From Catajapyx aquilonaris (Eukaryota), in the NCBI GenBank assembly GCA_000934665.2, contig KZ538556.1, positions 1 to 62,342 on the forward strand: a DNA stretch of 62,342 nucleotides. Reading direction: 5' to 3'. The first letter of the stretch is position 1. Each line of letters starts with the position of its first letter. The notes beneath the pieces are model-generated. The model was not told the origin of the DNA. It saw only the letters and a program-made list of their open reading frames with translations, and did no database searches. Shown in pieces: positions 35,601 through 48,200 of this stretch. The translations under genes were made by a program, and so were the position numbers.

Positions 35601-38600
35601 GCTGATAATACCATCCCGTTAAAATGTGAATTACATACAATATTGGTGATGGTGCAATGATTGGCTACTGGTCTGTTATTTTAAAATTGCCACTTGTAGG
35701 TACGCAAATAATTTTGCGACATTAATACGCGTATAATGGCACCTTAATATATGCAATGATAAGATAAAACTTTTTAAATGACTTATCAGAACAGTTTGGG
35801 CAGTATATCATCAGCCAAGTTATAGATAAAGGTTGTCACAGCATGCTGAATAAGTGAAAATCAAGTCTCACAATGACGGGTGCTTGGTTCATGGGGAATC
35901 ATTTATATAGGCTACCCTTTTTATACAGGTTTTCTGGATTTTTGTGTCATTTATGATTGTATTTGCGTACCTATAGTAAACTGTAACTTAATAATTGTTA
36001 CTTATACTTCAGGGGTGGAAGGAGTGGACACTGAGTGACGATTCTGACTGCAACAGTCAGCTGGCGTATACAACAGGCGGGGAGGAAGGAAAAAAGACAT
36101 TTCCTTATTTGCCCGTGCAGTACTGAGGCGAATTGCTTATGATTACCACCAGCTGACGTGGTACAGTCACAACAAACATTGATTATATATTTTTTAAATA
36201 GGCGTTTGTGTACATGGCAGCAGAAGCAGTGCTATAGTTATTTCATAGATTGCAAACGAATCAATTGATTTGCTCAATTAGCTCTCGAAAGTGACGATAT
36301 AAAGCGCTTTAATATCATCATAAAGTCAGCTTTGCATAATTATTTTTTCTTCCTTAAAATCCGAGCCGCATGTAATGCCATGTATCACTATAATATATTT
36401 ATGCCGCTCATGTAGTTATGTATTTTAACACTGAGGTGTATGTCAAAAGTGTTTTGTTGTTACATATCCATACTAGCAAAAAATGATAACCATCCAATCT
36501 CATATTCAGACTTAAATATACCACTGACTCGTTTGACCCAGACAGGTGCGACTAGACACCTATATGGAAGCATCAAGTGTGTAAGAGACGCTATTCTATA
36601 GACAAAAAAAAAAGAAAGCTAGAGCCCGAGTCATGCAGACAGCGAGTCGACGTTACAAGGCGAAAGTGTCCTCTTCTATGGCGCATAAAAACTTTCTGGA
36701 GCTGGGCATCAGCCTCAGACTTACGACTTAAACGTTACATAATGATGGCAAGCTTAATTTATTGACCATAAATCACTTGCGCTTTTACAGATCTTTAATT
36801 CTTCTCTAAGCGCCTTGATATCGATTAATCTGATGGTGGACTACTAAATCGATTATCCGGAGCCGGATCGCACGCGTCCGCACTAATGAGTGAATTAGCC
36901 CAAGACCATGAAACACGACTGCTGTTGTAGAGCAACATTTATTTTATAGTCCATAAAAATGGTGACCAGCAACAGTTCATAAATCCATGAATCTGCTTTC
37001 CGTATAGTGGTTGAGGGGAGGGAATTATAGGCGGCCATCAGAAATCAAACGTCGCTCGATCGTGAAAATGGGGTGCAATTACTCAGAACCGAGGGTAATG
37101 GGCCATCAGCACTTTGGCCACGGGGCAATGCAGTGTTCGATCAAGAACCTGGTACATGTTGTACTGATTCTCACCTTTTGAATGACTAGATACATCCTCT
37201 TTTCATTCATGCATATTTACGCAGACGCTAATATTAGACTTGGATATTTACAATACTGTCATGGTTTTGGTTGGCACCCGAAGCGAGATTTTGTCCCTGG
37301 AGAAACTGAGCCAGCCAGATTCCAACCGTGGCAAGGTTCCCAGCAGAATAACCCTGCCGCATGCATACATGCATGCGGATCCATCTATATATTCCCCCCC
37401 ACAGGCGTCCATGCCACCCAAGACGAAAAGCCCGGATGTGCGGCAAAAGAACAAAGAGCTGAATTTGCGAGCCTGCCTTTGGTCCCCTTCCAACATTCCA
37501 CGATTGACTTATTAGTGGATACCAGTTTGAGAAAATCGGAAAGAATTTCTCCAATGATCGGTCGTCTGACTGCTGCCAAAAAAGCCTTGTGGTAACAGCA
37601 GTCTGCTGCTGTCTGTCAAACCGACTTCATACATTTAAATCTCCAATCTGTGGCGGGTTATTGGCTGTTAAACCCGCGTAATGGATCAATAATCCTCCTC
37701 CTTTTCCGTTAAACTGCTCCTTCTTCCCTCAATGATGCTGTCAGCTTTCACACTTCAGATGGATGGCTGCCGACGCTTTACATCGAACCAGAAACAATAT
37801 ATTTTCATTATTTATTTTTTCTCATTGCAGAAACCAACATGGCGGATAACGGGTCCAACCCTACAAAAGGGCTGACCCTTCACCATTCACAGCGGTCCCT
37901 ACGTTATTAGGCGACGTATCTGCACCTTTCTTCAACAAAAGTCGAACCAATCCATGTGCCTCCTACCAGTTAGTAAAAAGTAACGCACCTTATTGTCAAC
38001 CCCTCCAAAAACCTAGTAGGGGAGCCTGATGAGGGGCTGTTGAAAGCAATATTCCCACCAAGTCCAGACCCTCACAAAATCTGAGGGGAAAAAAAACTTA
38101 CGTCTCCATTTTCAGGACAAGGGATCTCCCCTTTTCTCAGTAGTGTAGTTACAGCTCAGAAGAACGGAAGCAGCTGGAAGGTCAGACTGGTACGCAATAC
38201 TTATTATTTTGACACGTAGACTGAATGGTAAGACTCTGTGACGTAAACTGAATCGATAGTCGTTGGGCGCCATCACGCTTGTTTTCATGACTCACAATCT
38301 GGGCGTACTATGGCATGGTTATAGTAAATGAAAGCCGTCAAACACAGGCTGGGGGGTTGAAAAGTGTATAGGTTTTGTCCCATTAATATTATAGAGAGTA
38401 TGTCTGCTGGCGCATGTGCCAACAATGGATCTTCTTTTTTTCCCTAGAGGCATGAGGCCACCATACATCAAAATCAAATCGTGACAAGCTCCAATCAACG
38501 CGTGCTCTATATGCAACGGTCATTCGGCACGTGCATACGTGCATGTGCTGCTTTAGGCCTAACGGAATGCCAGATTAGGCTGCAAATCAGCATTGGAGAT

Positions 38601-41275
38601 CTGCACGTTGACATGAATTTAACTTGCTGCGGACATCAGCAGAGTGCGTGTTGGGATAACCTAATTTGTTCACTATAACACAGCGGGTGTAGCCGATTCA
38701 TGATAATTCCGTTTCATAAAAAAGGTGGAGTTGTTTACAATAGGTTAGGGTTCAAATTTTTTGGGGAAATTAAGGCAGCCTACACAGATTGGGTGACTTT
38801 TTAAATATTGTCGCAATAGATTTGACTTTTTGACATTGCGTTATTCGCAAAGAGATATCAGATTTTTCACATAAACATACGTCAGCGAGGTTGGCATGTT
38901 CCCAAGCAATTGACTTAGCACGTAAATAAATTCCCATTGCCATGAAGTCGAATAATTAATAACTAATCCAGGCCATGCCAGGTTATTGGATTATATTATA
39001 GTTAAATTGTCCCCTAAATAATTATTTTTAACAAATTGTTAGGAGTTTAAGTGGGCTGCTTTGGCCCTGATAACATAAAGCACAACATTAAAAACCATGT
39101 CAATTGTTAAATAACTAATCAATATTTAGTTTTGAAATGTGTCCGGTATACAAATATATAGTGAATAATGTGGTGCGTATTTTTTCTGTGAGATATGCCT
39201 GTATTTTTTGAATTCAAAGTTAGCCTGTAGCCGAGTGATTAAAAGTATACCATTGATGGTTATTCTATAACAATTTGCCATCTGTTGGGGGAAGTCTGCA
39301 CCTCTTGTCACAAAAACCTACCAAAAAATTATTGAGACCCGACTTATAGCAACATGGCTGTTTACAACAGACCGTCGGAAAAAATTAGAATAACAGAGAA
39401 ATAAGTTCGTGTTAAAAGACTGATACAATAAGTTCTCCTGAGAAAGAGTCAGCTACTGTATATAAATGTTGGCTGTTATACTGTACTGTATATGTATAGC
39501 AAATGAGGCTATTAATAGATTAAATACATTATTTCACTGCCTATTTAATTTGAGGTGCAAAGAATATACGCCTATTTGCTTGTCAGATTTCACCAAAATC
39601 ATTCCGAATGAAAGAATATGTTTCTGCTCCTATAAACTTGCGTACGTATACAGTTGTTTAGTATTGCATGGTACAGTACTATGCAATACTCTCGTGGAAT
39701 TCTGGTCACAATTATTTCAGAACAGATTTCATTGTAAAATAGAAATATTGTACTGCTACAGCTTGTGTTTCAAATAATAGAAATGCTGCCAGAATCAAAA
39801 CACGCGTTTTTAGTTTCAATTGAATATTAATACAAGTATCATCTCCAATAGTTACTGTCTGAAAGTCAGCAATAAGACGAGTATTACAAAAACAAAGGCA
39901 AACAGGCAAGGGAATTGGGAACACAATGTGTATAGCCTAAATTAGGCTACAATATTATATACATAATTATATAGGGCATATGTAAAAATAAATAAAAAAT
40001 TACCTGGAAGCCTACACAATGGTCTCATGCACTCGCTTCTCACTTATGCAGGCCAGTGAAATTTGGGGCTTCATATTTTTAAAACCAAATTCATGGAATT
40101 TTACACCTGGTGCCCTACTGGAATGGAGCCTGTTCCACATACGCAATCAGACGTCTTTGTAAATCATCAGCTCGATGGGAGGTCATCACCAAACAAGACT
40201 CTTAAAAATAAGGTTACTGCTCCAAAATTATAGGCACATTATTGGGCAAATTTATAAATTTAGAATCTGGCATTTTTTGTTACCTTTCATCTCTTACTAA
40301 CTTCACACTATCTTATCATTATGCTATGGTAATTATTAAACGCATGCCAAAATATCTTTAACGAAATGAGAAACGAAATCTTATTTATATAAAAACAAAA
40401 TGTGATGACAAGCTACAGAATTAACACCATAGTCTTTGGAGCTACGGCAATAGTCACATCATATTATATCATTGCGACAGCAGAGAAAAAATTATATAAG
40501 GAAGGGCATGATGTTTTCCAAAAACACTTTATTGGGTAAAATAATTATCACCAATTTTGGCAGCCTACAGCGATACGTTATTTCTTTATATCGCCAGATT
40601 GCAGCCTTATCTTAATGGGCGAAGCACTCTTACCAATAACATTTCCTTCACAATCTCCCAGTTTGATCCATTTTCACCTGTCATCAATTAAACTTTATAC
40701 CATTGCGTGAAGCGTTACAAAATTTAAGCAAAAAAATATTAGCCAGACATTTTGCCTCACAGCGAAACTAAGAATGGCGTCATCAAAATACTATCACTAC
40801 TAAATTAATCAGGATCATTAACACTGTTCTAGCAAAATACGGTACACAAAGTGCGCTTCACAATATCGCCAGTTATGTTAACGGAAAACTGAGCTGACAA
40901 CCCCCGACAACCCCCAACAAAAAATTTACCCCAATATATCTGTCCCTAAATGATGCCCGAAACGGGACGGAACCGGTGGTAATAAAGCAATTATCGGCAG
41001 GCTATCTCACACCAGAGAAGCATCCGAATTCAGATGGAACTAACAAGAATCCAAAAACCGGTTGGAAAGCTCTTCCTTTCAACACACAAAAAAATTCCAC
41101 AACCACCCTGCATCTGTGCTAAACATCCACAAGGAGGCGGACATGATGGCCTCCAGAAGACATTTTGGGCAAAGTCTGTGCCTGGCCTGCAGCTGCCCTC
41201 TGTGAACACACTTGCCAACTTAGTCAGGAAGAAAAATAAAATTGGGGTATAAGGAAGGGAAGGGGGGGGGGGGGG

Positions 41276-41321
41276 NNNNNNNNNNNNNNNNNNNNNNNNN
41301 NNNNNNNNNNNNNNNNNNNNN
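41276..41321. other. Assembly gap (46 N) after a poly-G run
   Basis: N run seen directly. Single Ns also occur in poly-C runs at 22109 and 43329. Confidence 0.98.
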
Positions 41322-41872
41322 GCTATCTAACCCGTGGTTGGTAGGTATAGGGCCGGAAGGATGGTGGGGAAAAATAGAAAAAAAGGGAAGAGGGAGTGGA
41401 GGGGAGGGGCGGGTTCTGCCTAAACACAGGCGTGATCAATACGGCGCACCCGCGTTCAATATTCTGACTACTCGATATCATTTCTTGCAAGGGAAATGCG
41501 CGTCGACAAAATGTGGTTCTTGAGCAACACTATAGCTATACTGGTTGTGAACAAATATGAGACACATTTTTCGTAAACATTAAAAATGAAACAAATTTAT
41601 GTTTGACAGTGTTTCGTTTGCCTTATAATTTTTTGGCACTAAACTACTTATATAAGCTTAGTTGCTTTTAGTGGTTATCAAAAGTGTTAGTTGCTGATAT
41701 TATTGGTTGTGTGGGCCCTTCATATTTAAAGCATGCAAAGAGGTATGCAATAATTGAAGGTTTATGCCAATTGTTCCAATGGGCCCTCCCTATATACTTA
41801 TATAATAGGAAATTCATTGCAAAAAATCAGAGCTTGGACAGATAATTAAATTCTACAGTCTAATATTAACTT

Positions 41873-42215
41873 TGTTTTTTTTGTTTTTGTTTTTGCATTA
41901 CCCCATTGGGAGTTACATTTCCTTTAGGGGGGTGGAATACCACCATTTGGGTGGAACCGGTATACTAAGATAGTATTTAGTGTGTTCCAAGGGTAGGTAG
42001 GAGGGGATGTGCAAAGTGCGTGTGCAATGTCGTTGATGTGCCGTTTTTGTGAACTCCCCCGGGTGGCATATGTGAAAGAAGGATCGCCACCCGAAACGAA
42101 GCCAGAGACGGTCTCACTCTGCGCGAGATGAAGGGGGGAACCCCGGGTTGGGATCGAACCCGGGACCTTAACATCCGCGGGCGCATACGTTACCGCAGCG
42201 CCACTTCGCCTCCCC
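41873..42215 (-). mobile_element. Full-length tRNA-derived SINE with TSD
   Basis: Minus strand has A-box TGGCGCTGCGG (42203-42193), B-box GGTTCGATCCC (42160-42150), unique body and A-rich (CAAAAA)n tail. Direct repeat TAATATTAACTT at 41861-41872 and 42216-42227. Confidence 0.88.
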
Positions 42216-45200
42216 TAATATTAACTTAGTTGCTAAAACTTTTGCTTACTAAAAGAAAATGTCCAAAAATTACTGATTAGCAATAAAGAGATTAGTGCCA
42301 AAAATTGCGAACAGAAACGGGCAATTTGATTGTATCACCCTGCATAATAGAATGACATTATCTCACCTCAAGTACAAATGAAAATCATGTTATAACCAGC
42401 TGATATTAATAGACTATCCATGCCATAAGAGTCAGATATGAATCTGCAGTTTAAATATTCCTTATCAGGTGCTTTATTCTATATTTCAAAACTTTGAAAT
42501 AAAGTATTGCTAATAAATAACAAATTACTTTCCTTGATATACGAATTTTGTACTTGGTACCTGACGTTCAAATTCGCCAGATATGCTCAGCATCACGCAA
42601 TTCGTGTTGAAGATTATCTCATGACAGAAGTTCACATAATTTCGGCACATCACTTGACTGTTTTCATCATGGCGCCAGGAAGAGTCACTTGTCACGTATG
42701 TTTCACGATAGTGAAGAGAGTTCGTAATATACGAGGTATAGCTTACTGTCCTCAATAGACCCACTGACTAACGGTTCGGAACAATAATCATCGCCGTGCA
42801 GTTAATCGGTGATAATAATGAATCTATACCCGGTTCCTGAATAGTAAACCTACCCAAATCTCTGCATCGTATAATATAGACAATCGTTACTTCTAAGCGT
42901 AATTTTGCATAACATACGTCCGATTTATTTTCCCCCTACGTATATATAGTAACATGAAATAAGTCGATTTCCAAATGTTTGCGTGCGTGACTATAAAATT
43001 CTGTATAATGAATAAGTCAGGATGAGGAAGTGTGGCTGCACAATATTTCTCACCAGCCATAAACTATCCATACGGTGAATTTTCCTGTAGCCAACGACTT
43101 TTATGGGCACAAACAATACTTCCCAAGGACGAATACCAAGTGCAAAATATATTGAGTGCAATTTCGCATTCATTACCCTCAATCAGACTTCTAATCCCTC
43201 CATAATGTTATTATGCTTATTACTATGCAACCTGAAATAATTAAAGTAATTTTTGTAATAATATTTATAATCGGAAAAGGATATTCTCACTGCTCATCCG
43301 GTGTAGATGGTACATGATCCCCCCCCCCNCGCCCCCACTGCTGAACCCGTAAGTTATTAGTGCGGGAGGCTTCCCTTTCTTAGAACCATCTGCCCTCTGC
43401 CGTTATTTCTGGGAACTCACAAGGGAAAGTAGAGATGGGAGGTCATTTCCAGCCGCTTTGGAGTCCCCCCTTCTCTCGCATGCCGTAATATGGCCTTAGA
43501 TAACGGAACTACCAGCAACCCTGTCAATCTTCACCCCTCTAAAAATACCTTCCTTCGACTTTCGAATATTGGACCGAATTTCACGTAATTCCAAGAAACT
43601 AGTCGGTTCTTACCTTCTGGCTGCTAGGGCCCGCACCTGTAAAGATAAAAACATAATCATTAAAAATTACGCCCAAAAGGACAAGTCGATTAGCATCCTG
43701 ATATCAAAAATACATAAGGTGATATTGTCAAGGCGCGATGGTATGCATATATTAATACGATATCCGACGTGATAAATTGCCACTTCAACCCTTTATGACT
43801 CGTAAACTTTGTCTATATATACAGATGTGTTTCAGGCACGTTCATTCACAAAGGCATGCTCGACATTTGAACACAGCATACATAATATAGGCCTATTATA
43901 AAGTTCCCTATATGCAGCAGTGAAACTTGGTCGACATCCATGCGCAGTTATGAAGAGCAGTGTCACTGGTTACTACATGGCATTCATGGCCGGGCACGTA
44001 TATTACCGGCAGTTCAGCTCAGCCAGATGCAGGTCCACAATTGGAGAGCGTTCAGGCTCAAAATGGGAGCCGAAATTTTGGGTCCACGCGTGGACTTCTT
44101 TAATGGCGGCTGCCAATTAGGAAGAATCTAGCAGATGGGACAGTTTGGCGGAAATGTAATGTATTTCGCAACACACACAACACGGGCCGGCACAAAGATA
44201 AAAGCCTCCCCATGCCCTCATTCGGGCCAACAAAATGAATGTGGCTCATTGCTCGTTTCCATTGTTGATGATGCGTGCACATGCTTATCAAACCGGCTTC
44301 GTTTTACTCCTACTGCTGCCTACTAGATAAACCTTTTTTTCCCCTATGGAAAGCGATTTTGAAGAAAAAAAAAATCCTGTCACGTCCATGTAATAACATG
44401 GCACACTTTGCGAGAGGACGTCCGTGATCCAAATAAGCAAAAGACGAGTGGGGAGAAAGGCCAGAGGGGAAGGGAGATGAGGGGGGGTAGCCGAGTGATA
44501 AGATGTGGGTGCAAATGCAGACCATGCTGCAGCCCATGCAGCACCATCTTGGAAGGACTGCTGCTGGATTACGGCATTTTCTCCCTCCCAGAGTCTCCCC
44601 GATGTACCTTCCTCCATTGCGGTTCTCTCTCGTACGTTTTCTGCATAGCGATGGGGAGTGAAAACAAGCTGACTATCCATAAATTTGGCTTTTATGGCTC
44701 CAGACCTTCATCCCTCCACTCTGGCGCGGGATGAGATTCGAACCAGTTTCGACGTCGCTATAAGGATGGTAGCCAACATGGCCGGTGCAGCCACGTGCCA
44801 CACCTCAAGTGGCGCCCTCGCACCACCCTTCATTTTGCCTGCTGCAGCATGACTTCCTTGAGGTGATTCCCGCATGCGCTTTGTTTCCTAGATCAATATG
44901 ATGCAATGTTCTCTATGAAGAAAAAAATATATAGGGAGACTTCAGTGTTCTTTTAACCGCCATGATCCACTACTTTAACTCGATATAAAACAGTAATATT
45001 TTTCAAACATATAGCCTTGGCGTGTCTTTGTGAAGCATTGTCATAAAGACGGCGACACGCTGCCGCACTCTGGGGAAAAAAGGAGAAGGGGGAATGGAAG
45101 CAATCACTATTGATTGAAATGAGGCCTAGTTTGCCGCCCAAACTTTCCTTCCGAGTTGAGCCAGAAATGGAAACGACTACGTAGTTTCTTTTGACATTGT

Positions 45201-48200
45201 CCGTTACCACCCTCTGACACTAAACAGATTTCCAGATAAAATTAGGCTGCTGACTAGTACACGGCACGTTTCGAATATTTATGACACTATATTGCGGTCA
45301 ACTCTAGCCTAAATAGAAAATTCAGCCAGTTCAGTTTAAATACAATCTTTCAAATGGCTTTTAACTAGCTGATAACATTTGGTAACATATGATGTGACAT
45401 ATCTGAGTTTCACTTATCGGGGAAGGCTCTTCTTAACAAGGCGCATCTCGTACATTGCTTGACGCTGCCTGATGATTAAAGAGAGGTGGCAATTGCAGCC
45501 GATAAACCTTTCCCTGGAAGTAATGTGGTAGGGCAGTCCTAATTTCTTATTTAGCGTACCATTTACGAACCTGCTGCTTTGTGTTTCATTGCCAATAATC
45601 ATTTCACGGCTTCCGCAAGGATATTAATTATAGTGACTTCACAGACTGCGATATGCATTTACGCAACTGTAAGAGCTTGTGTTATGGGCACGAAAATGAA
45701 AGGTTTGATTGCCTTGCCCAACTTTATCATAATGGGACTTCCATCTGGCGGGAGATTTGTAGGCGGGTTGTTATGTTTCAAAACCAAGCCGTATACTTTT
45801 TGATGCCAAGTTTTTGAGTTAACATTGTAATGTGAATTACAGTGCAATGTCAGTGGGTTTATGCAAAAGACGGCTGGCCTATCAGTGCAATATTGTGTTG
45901 TTTGACAAATACTTTAACAAAAAAATTAGGAAAAAATCTGAATAAATTGCAAAATTTCCATCATTTCCCAAAATTATAAATTAGCCCGAATCCGTTAAAA
46001 TGAATGCAACGTCTGTGACATGTTATGTGCCGTGTGATATACTGCCATGTACTAGCATAGTGTATTCTAAGGTAGTTCTCCTGCACTTTTGGCATGTTTA
46101 TGACTCTCACGATGCGTCACTACACACATGATTAATTTTATTTCAGTGGAGTGAGATTCAAGTTATGCAGCTATGACAATTGTGCTGCAGTTTTTCTGTG
46201 CCACATTCTAAACGAAAGAATGGTTCTCTTGTCTTTCTGAATTCGTTGCATCGCTCATGAGATAACTCTGAAAATTGACGTCGGTATTGTATCTACGTAG
46301 TCAAGAGACTTTTTTTTACTGATGCAACGCAAAACTTTTTTCCTTACACGTGCTGCATGGCTATGCAAGTTATGGAACACTGTCTTGATATATCAGGAAT
46401 TTTTGTATTGTACAAGTAGATTGTGGCTATTTTGAATGAATTTATTGTGACAAAGGGGAAGTTCCATGACAGTATTGACTGTGTACTACAGTACTGTGGG
46501 CTATATACTGTACATAAAATACACCCTATATTTTTTAACCCGCTTAAAAAGTGGAGCATAAACATAGCCTATACTGAGGGAAACTATAATGAACACTTCA
46601 TTGACTGGAGAGGCCAATAGATAGTGTAGAAAGTTACAAGCGGGCAAAGTATATGCCAAAAACGGCCTCATAGTGCAAGTGTTTGGTATTTAATTTATAT
46701 TTCAGGCATTATGAATCGCATTATTATCCTTTTAGAACCTTTTTTGGGGGAATTAGTGGCGAAAGAATATGTTTATTTCTTTATTTCAAATGTATTTTTA
46801 CACTGGACATTTCGTGAGGTCAAATGCGTGATCTTTGATGTCTCAAAAACAGTAATTATTTGATAATTATGAAATATGTACTATTACACCGTACATCATT
46901 CTATTTATAGCGTATCAGAAAATATCTCGAGATATCATTTCTTAGTTATTGAAAAGAAAATCTGGACTATATTAGGTTGTAACTCGGCGATGTAATGCCA
47001 CAGAGAGATGACGTCATTTTTACCGATTTCAAGGTTTGAAATACCGAATATTTAAAAGTTAAGAAAAGATAAACGGTTGCACCATCAACTTGTAGTGAGA
47101 AACTCATGAAAATATCTCGAAGAGCAGTTTAGTCATGAAAAAACAATTCTGAACGATATGATTGGCTGTAACTATACATATTCTGCTGCTTGATCTCCTC
47201 AGAGTCTCATGTTTGTGTGTGCAATAAACTGTACTTGCTCATAACTTTTGACTTGCAAACCCCACAGTAAATGAAGTTTATAGTTTCTCTTAGTGTACCG
47301 GTATAGGCCTACTGTAAAATATCTTTATGCTTCAATTTTCAATTAGAATCAAAACAAACTGTAGATTTTTAGGCGTATTGTCATGTAATGAGTCAGGGGG
47401 TTCTTGCATGCTGTGATAGAAACTATACACTGTATACAGCATGTTAAATATAATGGAACCGGCTATCGAACTCTAAGGTGTGATCAGTATCTAGTGTTAC
47501 GTATGTCTTATGTAATACATATGATAATTTTGCTCGCCTGCTGTAGATTGCTACTGGACAAACCGTATCGTTCATTAGCAAGGGTAATATGCATGCATTA
47601 CATTTAGTTTCATATACATGAGCCTCATCAGAGACCAACATCCGTCATCTGACCATCGCTGACAAATAACTACCGCCAGTAGTTAATAATCCTCAGAATT
47701 AGAAGCAGGGCGGGGGCCTTTCACAAATGATACTGTCCATCCGATATTACGTCGATGAGAAATGGGATGGATGGAAATATTGCCTTTCGTCACACCATGC
47801 CATTTTGCAACCCACAGATCACCCATTCAATTTGACCTTATCAAAACGGAATAATATTCACCAATGGTTTTGTTAACTATAGAATGTAAGTCAAAAAACC
47901 AACCCACTTTATCAAGAGGAACTATTTTGACCTACAGTTACCCAACAATCACATATTAAAATAGAACAATTAAAAATGACTAAATGCGACGCTATTTATC
48001 CGCTTTTGATGACATCATTCAGGTGCTCCCCACATTGCACAAGCAGGCAAATTACATTAAAACGATGAGTAGGTCCGCATGTAGACTTCCACCCTTCATT
48101 ATGATTTATATCCATCAGAGAATCAAAGTAGTCTGAAGAGAACAAATGACTAATGTGTCCCACTGCATGACGTGTACAGCCTCATATGTTTAATGCATTA

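Noticed and set aside
46780..47170. TE-like segment with repeated GAAAATATCTCGA
   Set aside because: Looks like a decayed non-autonomous DNA element, but no termini or TSD could be defined.
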